A stretch of 64,000 nt of DNA from Alphaproteobacteria bacterium (GTDB lineage Bacteria > Pseudomonadota > Alphaproteobacteria > VGDZ01): NCBI GenBank assembly GCA_016869515.1, contig VGDZ01000009.1, forward strand, positions 1,961 to 65,960, read 5' to 3'. The notes below the pieces were generated by a model. That model made no database searches. It was not told the DNA's origin and was given only the letters and a program-made list of their open reading frames with translations. Each line of letters starts with the position of its first letter. Position 1 is the stretch's first letter. Position numbers and translations under genes: made by a program. Below are positions 8,069 through 18,528 of this stretch, in pieces.

Positions 8069-9859
8069 GTGCAAGCGACCGATATCGCCAATCCTGACTA
8101 CTTCCATAAGGTGGTGGATTGCCAGTGGGCGTGCCCGGCGCATACGCCGGTGCCCGAGTACATCCGGCTGATCGCCGCCGGGCGCTACACTGACGCCTAC
8201 ATGATCAATTGGCGATCCAACGTCTTCCCGGGCGTGCTGGGGCGGACCTGCGATCGGCCGTGCGAACCCGCCTGCCGGCGCGGACGGGTCGAAAAGGCAC
8301 CGGTGGCAATTTGCCGGCTCAAGCGCGTCGCCGCCGACAAGAAAGACGACGTGCGCGCGTACCTGCCCAAGCCGGCCAAGCAACACAATGGCAAGCGCGT
8401 CGCGCTGATCGGTGCCGGCCCGGCATCGCTGACCGTGGCGCGCGATCTGCTGCCACTCGGCTATCAGGTCACGATCTACGAACAGGACCCCAAGGCCGGC
8501 GGCATGATCCGCAGCCAGATCCCGCGTTTCCGCCTGCCTGAAAGCGTGATCGACGAGGAGGTCGGCTACATTCTCGGCCTGGAACCGGAGCTGCGCCTCG
8601 GTCGCCGAGTCGACTCGCTCAAGGCGGTGTTGGCCGAGGGCTATGACGCGGTATTCGTCGGTTGCGGCGCGCCGCGCGGCCGCGATCTCGAGATTTCCGG
8701 CCGCAAGGAGGCCGCCGCCAACATCCATATCGGCATCGATTGGCTGTCCTCGGTGTCGTTCGGCCATGTCGGCAAGATCGGCAAGCGGGTAATCGTGCTG
8801 GGCGGCGGCAATACGGCGATGGATTGCTGCCGGACCTCGCGGCGACTAGGCGGCAGCGACGTCAAGGTGGTGGTGCGCTCGGGGTTCGAGGAGATGAAAG
8901 CCTCGCCCTGGGAAAAGGAAGACGCCATGCACGAGGACATTCCGATCCTCAACTACATGGTGCCCAAGGCCTTCCTGCACAAGAACGGCCGCTTGACCGG
9001 CATGAGCTTCGAGAAGGTGCGGGCCGAATACGATACCAAGGGCCGCCGCAACCTGGTGCCGACGGGCGAACCCGACGTGACGATCGAATGCGACGACGTG
9101 CTGGTCGCGGTCGGACAGGAGAACGCCTTTCCCTGGATCGAACGCGACATCGGCATCGAATTCGACAAATGGAACATGCCCAAGGTCGATGCCGCGACCA
9201 TGCAGTCGACCCTGCCCAAGGTGCTGTTCGGCGGCGATGCCGCCTTCGGACCCAAGAACATCATCTGGGCGGTGGCCCATGGCCACGAGGCGGCGGTCTC
9301 GATCGACCGCATGTGCGCGGGCCTGAACCCGAGCCAACGACCGGCGCCGGCGGTGACGGTGATGTCGCAAAAAATGGGCATCCACGAGTGGAGCTACGAC
9401 AACGACGTCTCCAACGACGCCCGCTACAAGGTTCCGCTGCGGCCCAAGGCCGAGGCGCTGGGCGACATCAAGCTCGAGGTCGAACTCGGCTTCGATGCCC
9501 GGCTGGGCTTCGCCGAGGCGGCGCGCTGCCTGAACTGCGACGTGCAGACGGTGTTCTCGGCCTCGGCCTGCATCGAGTGCGATGCCTGCGTCGACATCTG
9601 CCCGATGGACTGCATCACCTTCGCCGCCAACGGCGAGGAGAAGGATTTGCGCGCGCGCCTGACCGCGCCGGCGTTGAACCCGACCCAGGACATCTACCTG
9701 CAGACCGGCCTCAAGACCGGCCGCGTCATGGCCAAGGACGAGGACGTCTGCCTGCATTGCGGGCTGTGCGCCGAGCGCTGCCCGACCGGGGCCTGGGACA
9801 TGCAGAAATACCTTCTTCACACGACACAGGCGGGGCACGCATGCCGGTCAAGCCGCTAG
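8069..9859 (+). CDS. KorC-like subunit: GltD-like NAD(P)H-dependent FAD oxidoreductase fused to a C-terminal 2x[4Fe-4S] ferredoxin domain
   Basis: GTG start preceded by AGGAG. N-terminal cysteine cluster (CQWACPAH...CDRPCEPAC), dinucleotide folds (KRVALIGAGPAS, VIVLGGGNTAMD) and a C-terminal CxxCxxCxxxCP x2 (CIECDACVDICP, CLHCGLCAERCP). The 3' end overlaps the next gene by 19 nt. Confidence 0.7.
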   Translation: MQATDIANPDYFHKVVDCQWACPAHTPVPEYIRLIAAGRYTDAYMINWRSNVFPGVLGRTCDRPCEPACRRGRVEKAPVAICRLKRVAADKKDDVRAYLPKPAKQHNGKRVALIGAGPASLTVARDLLPLGYQVTIYEQDPKAGGMIRSQIPRFRLPESVIDEEVGYILGLEPELRLGRRVDSLKAVLAEGYDAVFVGCGAPRGRDLEISGRKEAAANIHIGIDWLSSVSFGHVGKIGKRVIVLGGGNTAMDCCRTSRRLGGSDVKVVVRSGFEEMKASPWEKEDAMHEDIPILNYMVPKAFLHKNGRLTGMSFEKVRAEYDTKGRRNLVPTGEPDVTIECDDVLVAVGQENAFPWIERDIGIEFDKWNMPKVDAATMQSTLPKVLFGGDAAFGPKNIIWAVAHGHEAAVSIDRMCAGLNPSQRPAPAVTVMSQKMGIHEWSYDNDVSNDARYKVPLRPKAEALGDIKLEVELGFDARLGFAEAARCLNCDVQTVFSASACIECDACVDICPMDCITFAANGEEKDLRARLTAPALNPTQDIYLQTGLKTGRVMAKDEDVCLHCGLCAERCPTGAWDMQKYLLHTTQAGHACRSSR

Positions 9860-11685
9860 AACGCGTCAACGACTTCGTCGTCAAGTTCGCCAACGTCAAC
9901 GGCTCGGGCTCGGCTTCGGCCAACCGGCTGTTCGCGATGTCGATCCTGCGCATGGGCGTGCCGGTCTCGCCGCGCAACATCTTTCCCTCCAACATCCAGG
10001 GCCTGCCGACCTGGTACGAGGTGCGGGTGTCCGAGCGCGGCTGGTTGGGCGCGCGCGGCGGCGTCGACATGATGGTGGCGATGAACCCGCAGACCTGGGA
10101 CAAGGACGTGGCGTCGATCGAGCCGGGCGGCTACCTGTTCTACGATTCGACCAAGCCGATGCCGACCGACAAGTTCCGCGACGACATCGTCGTCATCGGC
10201 GTGCCGCTGACCGAGATATGCAACACCCGCTACTCCGATCCGCGCCAGCGCCAGCTGTTCAAGAACATCATCTATCTCGGCGCGCTGTCGGCGCTTCTGG
10301 AAATCGAGCCCAAGGCGATCGAGACGCTGCTGCGCGAGCAGTATCGCAGCAAGGACAAGCTGATCGCGCCCAACATCGAGGCGCTGCATCTGGGGCGCGA
10401 CTGGGCGCTGGCGAATCTGGAATGCCCGCTCGGCCTGCGAGTGCGGCGGGCGGATGCGGTCGGCGACCGCATTTTCCTCGAAGGCAATTCGGCCTCGGCG
10501 CTGGGCGCGGTCTATGGCGGCGCAACGGTGGCGGCGTGGTATCCGATCACGCCGTCCTCCTCGCTGGCCGAGGCTTTCCAGAGCCATTGCCGGCGGCTGC
10601 GGGTCGATCCGGTAACCAAGAAGAACCGCTTTGCCATCGTTCAGGCCGAAGACGAATTGGCTTCGATCGGCATGGTGATCGGCGCCGGCTGGAACGGCGC
10701 TCGCGCCTTCACCGCCACCTCGGGTCCGGGTATTTCGCTGATGCAGGAATTCCTCGGCCTGGCCTATTTCGCCGAGATTCCGGCGGTGCTGTTCGACGTC
10801 CAGCGCGCCGGGCCCTCGACCGGCATGCCGACCCGCACCCAGCAATGCGACGTGCTGGCCTGCGCCTATGCCTCGCACGGCGACACCAAGCACGTGCTGC
10901 TGTTTCCCGAGGACCCGCGCGAATGTTTCGAGATGGGGGCCCAGGCCTTCGATTTGGCCGATCGGCTGCAGACGCCGGTGTTCGTGCTGCTGGACCTCGA
11001 CATCGGCATGAACGAGCGGCTGTGCAAGCCGCTGGCTTGGGACGACGCCAAGAGGCTCGACCGCGGCAAGGTGATGACCCGCGAGCAGCTTGAGGCCGGC
11101 GTCACCTTCGGCCGCTACCTCGACGTCGACGGCGACGGCATTCCCTTCCGCACCTATCCCGGCACGCACCCGAGCAAGGGGTCCTATTTCACCCGCGGCA
11201 CCTCGCGCGATCGCTTCGCGCGCTACACCGAGGAGGGCCCGGCCTATGTCGACAACATGGAGCGGCTGCTGAGGAAGCACGATACCGCCAAGCGGCTGGT
11301 GCCGCGCCCGATCGAGCGGCCGGGACCGGCGCCGACCAGGCTGGGCGCGATCTTCTACGGCTCGACCAGCCCGGCGATGGAAGAAGCGCTGGAAATGCTG
11401 GCGGCCGAGGGCATCGCGCTCGACACCATGCGCGTGCGCGGTTTTCCCTTCCATGACGACGTCCCCGCCTTCATCGCGCGCCACGATCGCGTATTCGTGG
11501 TCGAGCAGAATCGCGATGGGCAGCTGCGCGCGCTTCTGACCGTCGAATGCGGCATCGACCCCGCCAAGCTGGCGCCGATCCTGCACTACGACGGCACGCC
11601 GATCACCGCCCGCTTCATCGCCGCCGCCATCGGCAAGGCGTTGCGGGGCTGGAACGTCACGCCGCTGCGGAGGGTCGCGTCATGA
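9841..11685 (+). CDS. korA: 2-oxoglutarate (2-oxoacid):ferredoxin oxidoreductase alpha subunit with N-terminal gamma domain (KorA-type fusion)
   Basis: MPVKPLERVNDFVVKFANVNGSGSASANRLFAMSILRMG is a POR gamma-domain start. It is followed by the alpha-domain motifs AWYPITPSS and TATSGPGISLM. Length 614 aa, typical of two-subunit KorAB enzymes. Confidence 0.75.
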   Translation: MPVKPLERVNDFVVKFANVNGSGSASANRLFAMSILRMGVPVSPRNIFPSNIQGLPTWYEVRVSERGWLGARGGVDMMVAMNPQTWDKDVASIEPGGYLFYDSTKPMPTDKFRDDIVVIGVPLTEICNTRYSDPRQRQLFKNIIYLGALSALLEIEPKAIETLLREQYRSKDKLIAPNIEALHLGRDWALANLECPLGLRVRRADAVGDRIFLEGNSASALGAVYGGATVAAWYPITPSSSLAEAFQSHCRRLRVDPVTKKNRFAIVQAEDELASIGMVIGAGWNGARAFTATSGPGISLMQEFLGLAYFAEIPAVLFDVQRAGPSTGMPTRTQQCDVLACAYASHGDTKHVLLFPEDPRECFEMGAQAFDLADRLQTPVFVLLDLDIGMNERLCKPLAWDDAKRLDRGKVMTREQLEAGVTFGRYLDVDGDGIPFRTYPGTHPSKGSYFTRGTSRDRFARYTEEGPAYVDNMERLLRKHDTAKRLVPRPIERPGPAPTRLGAIFYGSTSPAMEEALEMLAAEGIALDTMRVRGFPFHDDVPAFIARHDRVFVVEQNRDGQLRALLTVECGIDPAKLAPILHYDGTPITARFIAAAIGKALRGWNVTPLRRVAS

Positions 11686-12737
11686 CCTATCTCAACAAGC
11701 CGGTCCTGCATCACCCCAAGCTGAAGGCCAATGCGCTCGGCCTGACCCATCGCGACTACGAGGGCAAGGTTTCGACGCTGTGCGCCGGCTGCGGACACGA
11801 TTCGATCTCGGCCGCGATCATTCAGGCCTGCTGGAACCTGTCGCTGGAGCCGCATCGCATCGCCAAGCTGTCGGGCATCGGCTGCTCGTCGAAGACGCCG
11901 GACTATTTCCTTGGGCCGGCGCACGGTTTCAACTCGGTGCACGGCCGCATGCCGTCGGTTCTGACCGGCGCCAATCTGGCCAATCGCGAGCTGATCTATC
12001 TCGGCGTCTCGGGCGACGGCGATTCCGCCTCGATCGGCCTGGGCCAGTTCGCGCACTCGCTGCGCCGCGGCGTCAACATGCTCTACATCGTCGAGAACAA
12101 CGGCGTCTACGGCCTGACCAAGGGCCAGTTTTCGGCCACGGCCGACCGCGGCTCGGCCTCCAAGCGCGGCGTCTCCAATTCGGATTCCCCGATCGACATG
12201 GTAAGCTTGGCGCTGCAGCTGGGCGCGACCTTCATCGCCCGCTCGTTCTCGGGCGACAAGACTCAGTTGGTGCCGCTGATCGAGGCCGCGATCCTGCACA
12301 AGGGCGCGGCCTTCATCGACTGCATCAGCCCCTGCATCGCCTTCAACAACCATCCCGGCTCGACCAAGAGCTTCGACTACGTCCGGGCCCACAACGAGGC
12401 GGTCAACACGCTCGACGTCATGATCGGGCGGGAGACCATCACCGCCGACTACGCGCCGGGCACGACCCGCGAGATCGTCCAGCACGACGGCAGCACGCTG
12501 CGGCTGCACAAGCTGGCCGACGACTACGATCCGACCGACCGCACCGCCGCCGCCGACTACCTGCAGCGTCGCCACGCCAAGGGCGAAGTGGTGACCGGGC
12601 TGCTCTATCTCGACCCCGCGCCGCGCGATCTGCATGCCGGGCTCGACACCGTCGAGACGCCGTTGAATCGGCTGGGCGATGCCGAGCTGATTCCCGGCGC
12701 CAAGGCGATCGAGCGGATCAACGCCGCGCTGCGCTAG
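11682..12737 (+). CDS. korB: 2-oxoacid:ferredoxin oxidoreductase beta subunit (TPP-binding)
   Basis: CAGCGHDSI cysteine motif plus the TPP-binding GDGDSASIGLGQFAHSLRRGVNMLYIVENNGVYGLTKGQ motif. ATGA overlap with korA. Confidence 0.8.
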   Translation: MTYLNKPVLHHPKLKANALGLTHRDYEGKVSTLCAGCGHDSISAAIIQACWNLSLEPHRIAKLSGIGCSSKTPDYFLGPAHGFNSVHGRMPSVLTGANLANRELIYLGVSGDGDSASIGLGQFAHSLRRGVNMLYIVENNGVYGLTKGQFSATADRGSASKRGVSNSDSPIDMVSLALQLGATFIARSFSGDKTQLVPLIEAAILHKGAAFIDCISPCIAFNNHPGSTKSFDYVRAHNEAVNTLDVMIGRETITADYAPGTTREIVQHDGSTLRLHKLADDYDPTDRTAAADYLQRRHAKGEVVTGLLYLDPAPRDLHAGLDTVETPLNRLGDAELIPGAKAIERINAALR

Positions 12738-12770
12738 ACCGGGCGCGCGCGGGCGGCTAGACATCGGCGC

Positions 12771-14558
12771 ATGGAGTTTTTTCGCGTCTATGCCCGCGTG
12801 CTCGGGCTGCTGGGGCCCGAAAGCCGGTTGGGATTCGTCCTGGCCGGCTCGAACGTCGTCCTGGCGGGGATGCAGTTCCTCGAACCGGTGCTGTTCGGAA
12901 AGATCGTCGACGTCCTCAGCGGAAGCTCGGGCCGCGCCTCGGCCGAGGTATGGACCGACAGCGCGCGGCTGTTGGGGCTTTGGGGCGCGGTCGGCGTCGG
13001 CGGCATCCTGGCCAACGTTTTGATAGCGCTGCACGCCGACCGGCTGGCCCATCGCCGGCGGCTGGCCGCGATCGCGATCTACTTCGACCACGTGCTGGCG
13101 CTGCCCTTCGCCTTCCACGGCGACACTCATTCCGGCCGGCTGATGAAGGTCATGCTGCGGGGTGCCGACAATCTGTTCAGCCTGTGGCTGTCCTTTTTCC
13201 GCGAGCACCTGTCGACCTTCGTCATCCTCGTGGTGCTGCTGCCGCTGTCGCTTTTCCTCAACTGGCGACTGGGCGGGCTGCTGATCGTGCTGCTGGTGCT
13301 GTTCGCGTCGCTGGCGACTTTCGTCGTCGGCCGCACCGACCGCGCCCAGAAGTCGGTCGAGGACCATCATTCGGCGCTGGCCGAGCGCGCCGGCGACGCC
13401 TTCGGCAACATCGCCCTGATCCAAAGCTATGTCCGCCTCAAGGCCGAGTCCCAGCAGATGGGCGAGGTCATGCGCAAGCTGCTGGCGGCGCAGTTCCCGG
13501 TGCTGACCTGGTGGGCGATCCTGACCGTGTTGACCCGCGGTTCGTCGACCATCACCGTGATCAGCATTTTCGTGGTCGGTACATGGCTGCATCTCGAGGG
13601 CCTTTCCAGCGTCGGCGAGATCGTCAGCTTCATGGGCTTCGCCACGTTGTTGATCGGTCGGCTGGAGCAGGCGATGGGCTTCCTCAACAGCCTGTTCTAC
13701 GAACTGCCGGCGCTGGCCGATTTCTTCCGCGTGCTCGATACCCAGTCGACCGTGGCCGAGAAGCCGGGCGCGATCGCGCTGGGACGGGTCAAGGGCGAGG
13801 TCGAATTCCGCGAGGTGCGCTTCCGCTACGAGCCCTCGCGGCCGGCGATCGAGGGCATGAGCTTCCATGCGCCGGCCGGCGCCACCATCGCTCTGGTCGG
13901 CTCGACCGGCGCCGGCAAGTCGACGGCGATGGGGCTGTTGCATCGGATGTGGGACCCCGAAGCCGGCGCCATCCTGATCGACGGCGTCGACATCCGCGAC
14001 GTGACGCTGGAATCGCTGCGCCGCAATGTCGGCGTGGTGTTCCAGGATTCGACCATGTTCTATCGCTCGATCGCCGACAATTTGCGGGTCGGCAAGCCCG
14101 AGGCCGGCCAGGCCGAGCTCGAGGCCGCGGCCAAGCTGGCCGAGGCTCATGACTTCATTCTGCGCCAGCCCGAGGGCTATGACACCGCGGTCGGCGAGCG
14201 CGGTGCCACGCTGTCGGGCGGCGAGCGCCAGCGGCTGTCGATCGCGCGTGCGCTGCTCAAGGACCCGCCGGTGCTGATTCTCGACGAGGCCACCTCGGCG
14301 CTGGATGCCGCCACCGAGGCCCGCGTCCAGCGCGCCCTCAACGCCGTCAAGCGCGGCCGCACCACCTTCATCATCGCCCACCGGCTGTCGACCGTGCGCG
14401 AAGCCGATCTGATCCTGGTGTTGGACCGCGGTCGGGTCATCGAACGTGGCGACTATCGGAGCCTGATCGCCCAGGACGGCGTGTTCGCCCGATTGGTGGC
14501 GACGCAGTTGGCCCCTCCGCCCGAACGCACGCGGGACGCCGAGCCGGCTTCGGGCTAG
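12771..14558 (+). CDS. ABC transporter fused permease/ATP-binding protein (type I exporter), NdvA/ChvA glucan-exporter-like
   Basis: N-terminal six-TM domain, then Walker [13 protein letters not shown] signature [15 protein letters not shown] and Walker [13 protein letters not shown]. The [13 protein letters not shown]-terminal motif resembles glucan exporters. The specific substrate is not established. Confidence 0.75.
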   Translation: MEFFRVYARVLGLLGPESRLGFVLAGSNVVLAGMQFLEPVLFGKIVDVLSGSSGRASAEVWTDSARLLGLWGAVGVGGILANVLIALHADRLAHRRRLAAIAIYFDHVLALPFAFHGDTHSGRLMKVMLRGADNLFSLWLSFFREHLSTFVILVVLLPLSLFLNWRLGGLLIVLLVLFASLATFVVGRTDRAQKSVEDHHSALAERAGDAFGNIALIQSYVRLKAESQQMGEVMRKLLAAQFPVLTWWAILTVLTRGSSTITVISIFVVGTWLHLEGLSSVGEIVSFMGFATLLIGRLEQAMGFLNSLFYELPALADFFRVLDTQSTVAEKPGAIALGRVKGEVEFREVRFRYEPSRPAIEGMSFHAPAGATIALVGSTGAGKSTAMGLLHRMWDPEAGAILIDGVDIRDVTLESLRRNVGVVFQDSTMFYRSIADNLRVGKPEAGQAELEAAAKLAEAHDFILRQPEGYDTAVGERGATLSGGERQRLSIARALLKDPPVLILDEATSALDAATEARVQRALNAVKRGRTTFIIAHRLSTVREADLILVLDRGRVIERGDYRSLIAQDGVFARLVATQLAPPPERTRDAEPASG

Positions 14559-14567
14559 AGTGAAGCC

Positions 14568-15254
14568 ATGAGCCAAGCGCTGCCCCGCGTCACTGCCTGC
14601 GTGTTCGATGCCTATGGCACGCTGTTCGACATCAACGCCGCCGCCGCGCGCTGCAAGGCCGAACTAGGCCCGCGCTGGCAGGTCCTATCCGATCTTTGGC
14701 GCCAGAAGCAGCTGCAATACACCTGGCTGCGCTCGTTGATGGATCGCTATGTCGATTTCTGGCAGGTCACCGGCGATGCGCTCGATTACGCGCTCGAGGC
14801 CAGCAAGATCGACGATCCCGATTTGCGTCGGCGGCTGATGGACATCTACATGCGCCTCGACGCCTATCCCGAGGCGCGCGACATGCTGCTGCGGCTGCGG
14901 GGCGGCGGTCTCAAGACCGCGATCCTGTCCAACGGTTCGCCCGGCATGCTCGAAGCCGCGGTCGAGGGTGCCGGCTTGAGCGGGCTGTTCGATGCGGTGA
15001 TCTCGGTCGATGCGCTCAAGGTCTACAAGCCGGCGGTCGCGGTCTATCGCCAGCTGCCGCGGCGCATGGGCGACAAGGAGCATCGCATCGCATTTCTCTC
15101 GGCCAATGGCTGGGACGCGGCCGCGGCTGCGGCCTACGGCTTCCAAGCGATCTGGGTCAATCGCGCCGGCTTGCCCTGGGAGAGGTTGGACGCATCGCCG
15201 GCGGCGGTGATCGATTCGCTGGCGGCGTTGCCGGCCCTGTTGAGGCTGCCATGA
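14568..15254 (+). CDS. Haloacid dehalogenase type II (L-2-haloacid dehalogenase family)
   Basis: CVFDAYGTLFD nucleophile motif plus KVYKPAVAVY and SANGWDAAAA motifs, conserved in type II HAD dehalogenases. Length 228 aa. Confidence 0.8.
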   Translation: MSQALPRVTACVFDAYGTLFDINAAAARCKAELGPRWQVLSDLWRQKQLQYTWLRSLMDRYVDFWQVTGDALDYALEASKIDDPDLRRRLMDIYMRLDAYPEARDMLLRLRGGGLKTAILSNGSPGMLEAAVEGAGLSGLFDAVISVDALKVYKPAVAVYRQLPRRMGDKEHRIAFLSANGWDAAAAAAYGFQAIWVNRAGLPWERLDASPAAVIDSLAALPALLRLP

Positions 15255-16120
15255 ACGTCGCCACCTCGAGCTATCGCGAGCACCGCATCTCGGCCCAGGA
15301 CGGGCTCGGTCTCAATATTCGAGATTATGGCGATCCGCTTTCCGGCCGCACGCCGCTTTTGTGCCTGACCGGTCTGACCCGCAATGCCAAGGACTATCAC
15401 GCCTTCGCCCAGGTCCATGCGCCGCGCCGGCGCGTGGTCTGTCCCGACTATCGCGGCCGCGGTCGCTCCGGTCACGATCCGGAGTGGCGCAACTACCGGC
15501 CCGAGATCTACGTCCAGGACGCGCTGGCGGTGATGACGGCGCTGGGATTGCCCGAAGTCGTGCTGGTGGGCACGTCGCTCGGCGGCATCCTCGGCATGGC
15601 GCTGTCGGCGGCGCGGCCGACCTGCCTCAAGGCAATGGTGCTGAACGACATCGGGCCCGAACTCAAGGCCGACGGCGCCAGTCGCATCGCCGGTTATGTC
15701 GGCAAGCCCTCGGTGCACGCCGATTTTGCCGACGCCGGACGCGCACTCAAGGCGCAGTTCGAGCGCGCTTTTCCCGATCTTTCGACCGAGGAATGGACCG
15801 CCTTCGCCGAGCGCACTTTCATTGGCCGCGCCGACGGCCAGGTCGAGCTCGACTACGATCTCAATCTTGGCCTCGCTTTGGCCGAGCAGGCCAAGGAGCC
15901 GCGACGCGATTTGTGGATGCTCTACGCCGGGCTCAAGGACATCCCGACCTTGTCGATCCGCGGCGCCCTGTCGGATCTGTTCTCGGCCGAGACCCAGGCG
16001 CGCATGAAGCAGCTCAAGCCCGATCTCGAAACCGTCGTCGTCGGCAATCGCGGGCACGTGCCGATGCTCGACGAACCGCCCTGCGTGGCCGCCCTGGGGA
16101 CCTTCCTCGATGCCCATTGA
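15251..16120 (+). CDS. Alpha/beta hydrolase fold protein
   Basis: ATGA overlap with the upstream gene. GTSLGG nucleophile elbow (GxSxG) and a C-terminal GHVPMLDEP histidine motif. Confidence 0.7.
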   Translation: MNVATSSYREHRISAQDGLGLNIRDYGDPLSGRTPLLCLTGLTRNAKDYHAFAQVHAPRRRVVCPDYRGRGRSGHDPEWRNYRPEIYVQDALAVMTALGLPEVVLVGTSLGGILGMALSAARPTCLKAMVLNDIGPELKADGASRIAGYVGKPSVHADFADAGRALKAQFERAFPDLSTEEWTAFAERTFIGRADGQVELDYDLNLGLALAEQAKEPRRDLWMLYAGLKDIPTLSIRGALSDLFSAETQARMKQLKPDLETVVVGNRGHVPMLDEPPCVAALGTFLDAH

Positions 16121-17090
16121 TCCCCCGTCCATCGCCGAGATCGAAGCCGCGGCCAAGCGCCTGGCCGGCCACGTCGTGCGCACGCCGTTGGTGGAATCGC
16201 CCTCGCTCAACGAGCGCCTGGGCGGACGCCTGCTGGTCAAGGCCGAGGTGCTGCAGCGCACCGGCTCGTTCAAGTTCCGCGGCGCCTACAACCGCATCTC
16301 GCAGCTCGACGCCGGACAGCGCGGACGCGGCGTGGTGGCGTTCTCCTCGGGCAACCACGCCCAAGGCGTGGCGCTGGCGGCCAAGTTGGCCGGCGTGCCG
16401 GCGGTGATCGTCATGCCCAAGGACGCGCCGGCGATCAAGATCGCCAACACCCGCGGTTACGGCGCCGAGGTGGTGCTGTACGACCGCTATACCGAGGATC
16501 GCGAGGGCATCGGCCGGAAGGTGGCGACCGAACGCGGCGCGGTGCTGGTGCCGCCTTATGACGACCCCTACATCATTGCTGGCCAGGGTACTTGCGGACT
16601 GGAGATCGTCGAGCAATGCGCGGGCCTTGGCCTGACGCCCGATGCGGTGCTGGCGCCGGCCTCGGGCGGCGGGCTGGTGGCGGGGGTGGCGACCGCGGTC
16701 AAGGCCAAGCTGCCGGGGACGGCGGTCTACGCCGTCGAGCCGGCGACGATGAACGACACGGCGCGCTCGCTGGCCGAGGGGAGGCGGGTGGCGAACGACC
16801 CCGCCGCGCGCTCGATTTGCGATGCGTTGATGACGGCGATTCCGGGCGAGTTGACCTTCAGCGTCAACCGACGGCTGCTGGCCGGCGCGCTGGCCGTGTC
16901 CGATCAGCAGGTGATGCGCGCCATGCGCGGCGCATTCGAATGGCTCAAGCTGGTGATCGAACCGGGCGGCTCGGTGGCCTTTGCCGCCGCGCTGGAAGGG
17001 CTGTGCCCGGTCAAGGGGCGGGTGGTGGTGGCCGTGGCATCTGGCGGCAATGTCGACCCCGAGACCTATCGTCAGGCCCTGGCCGCGTGA
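16110..17090 (+). CDS. PLP-dependent threonine/serine dehydratase (threonine ammonia-lyase-like, no regulatory ACT domain)
   Basis: SFKFRGAYN PLP-lysine motif and the glycine-rich AFSSGNHAQGVALAA motif. Length 326 aa. Confidence 0.8.
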   Translation: MPIDPPSIAEIEAAAKRLAGHVVRTPLVESPSLNERLGGRLLVKAEVLQRTGSFKFRGAYNRISQLDAGQRGRGVVAFSSGNHAQGVALAAKLAGVPAVIVMPKDAPAIKIANTRGYGAEVVLYDRYTEDREGIGRKVATERGAVLVPPYDDPYIIAGQGTCGLEIVEQCAGLGLTPDAVLAPASGGGLVAGVATAVKAKLPGTAVYAVEPATMNDTARSLAEGRRVANDPAARSICDALMTAIPGELTFSVNRRLLAGALAVSDQQVMRAMRGAFEWLKLVIEPGGSVAFAAALEGLCPVKGRVVVAVASGGNVDPETYRQALAA

Positions 17091-17198
17091 ATCCGCGCTA
17101 CCGATAAGGCTTTGACCCAATAGGGGATAATCGTTACAGTCGCGCGATTCGGGTTGGGGCGCGCCGGTCGGCGCGTGAGGTGGATCTCGGGAGTTCGC

Positions 17199-18509
17199 AT
17201 GGCGTCTTTGCGACTGGGGGCGTTGTTGGCAAGTGCGGCCATGGTCGCGCTGGCGACGCCCGCCATGGGCCAGACCCTGGCTTCCGAACTGAGCCAATTC
17301 CTCGCTACCAATCCGCGCATTCAGTCGACGGAAAAGCAACTGCGCGCCGCCGAAGAAGGCGTCAACAAATCCTTCGCCGGGTTCCTGCCGACGCTCGCGC
17401 TGTCGGGCGACAGCGGCTATCAGCGGGTCGACTCGCCCTCCCGCCGCAGCAGCCAGCACGATCCGTCGTCGATGAACCGGCGCACCGGCACGGTGACGCT
17501 GACCCAGAACGTGTTCAACGGCTGGAAAAGCACCGCCGAGGTCGACGGTTCGCGCGCGGCGCGCGACTCCGCCGCGGCGGGGCTGGAAACCACGCGCCAG
17601 GCGATGATGCAGGAAGGCATCTTCGCCTATCTCGACGTGCTGCGGCTGCGCCAGACCATCGGCTACGCGGAAGACAACGAACGCACGCTGCTGACCCAAT
17701 TGAACTTGGAAGACGAGCGCGTGCAGCGCGGCTCGGGCATCGCCGTCGACGTGTTGCAGGCCAAGACCCGCGTCCAACTGGCCAAGGAGCGGCTGGTGGC
17801 GTTCCGCGCCCAATTGCGCGACGCGATGTCGCGCTACAATCAGGTGTTCGGACGCATCCCCGATCCCAATTCGCTGGTCGAGCCGGTGCCGCCGCTGCAA
17901 TTCATCCCGGCCTCGGTCGACGACGCGGTCAAGATTGCCCAGGCCGGCAACCCCTCGATCGTCTCGGCCAACCGTGCCATCGACCAGGCCGACGCCAAGA
18001 AGCGCGTCAGCCAAGCCGACTACTTCCCCAAGCTCGACATCGTCGGCAAGTACCTGTTCGAAGACGACGTCGACGCCACCATCGGCGTCAAGCGCGACAT
18101 GTCGGTGGTGCTGAAGGGCAGCTGGGAACTCTATTCGGGTTGGAGCACGCGGGCAGGCGTGGCCGAAAGCACCTTCCAGTTGGGCGCGGCGCGGGACAGC
18201 TTCCAGTTCGCCACCCGCAAGGTCGAGGAAGAGACCCGGCTGGCGTTCTCCGAGCTGCAGTCGGCGCGGATGCGAGTCGGTCTGCTGGACAACGCCGTGG
18301 CCATCGCCTCGGAAGTGTTCGAGGCGCGCAAGAAGCTGCGCGACGCCGGCAAGGAGACCGCGCTGTCGGTGCTGGACGCCGAAAAGGAATTCTACGACGC
18401 GCGGATCAACTTCGTGAACGCGGCCTACGACGCGCGCAAAGCGTCCTACCGCCTGCTGTCCGCCATCGGCCGGTTGACGCCCGACGTGCTGGGCGTGACC
18501 GAGCGCTGA
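17199..18509 (+). CDS. TolC-family outer membrane efflux protein
   Basis: Signal peptide MASLRLGALLASAAMVALATPAMGQ. Two-repeat coiled-coil/beta-barrel TolC architecture with a conserved N-terminal segment (LSQFLATNPRIQS...LRAAEEGV). About 436 aa. Confidence 0.75.
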   Translation: MASLRLGALLASAAMVALATPAMGQTLASELSQFLATNPRIQSTEKQLRAAEEGVNKSFAGFLPTLALSGDSGYQRVDSPSRRSSQHDPSSMNRRTGTVTLTQNVFNGWKSTAEVDGSRAARDSAAAGLETTRQAMMQEGIFAYLDVLRLRQTIGYAEDNERTLLTQLNLEDERVQRGSGIAVDVLQAKTRVQLAKERLVAFRAQLRDAMSRYNQVFGRIPDPNSLVEPVPPLQFIPASVDDAVKIAQAGNPSIVSANRAIDQADAKKRVSQADYFPKLDIVGKYLFEDDVDATIGVKRDMSVVLKGSWELYSGWSTRAGVAESTFQLGAARDSFQFATRKVEEETRLAFSELQSARMRVGLLDNAVAIASEVFEARKKLRDAGKETALSVLDAEKEFYDARINFVNAAYDARKASYRLLSAIGRLTPDVLGVTER

Positions 18510-18528
18510 ACCCCGGACCCGTTTTCCG

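Noticed and set aside
8662-9840. Upstream extension of the korA ORF (1007-aa version)
   Set aside because: This part overlaps the KorC-like gene in another frame and is Arg/Gly-rich. The korA gamma-domain homology begins exactly at MPVKPLERV (9841).
11586-14576. 996-aa minus-strand ORF opposite korB and the ABC exporter
   Set aside because: Low-complexity Arg/Gly/Ala/Asp composition with no motifs. It lies antisense to genes with clear TPP-binding and Walker/ABC signatures.
12771-18509. Type I secretion system (ABC exporter plus TolC)
   Set aside because: The ABC exporter and TolC-family gene are separated by three unrelated metabolic genes and there is no HlyD/membrane-fusion gene. The ABC protein looks like an NdvA/MsbA-type exporter rather than a C39 or T1SS ABC.
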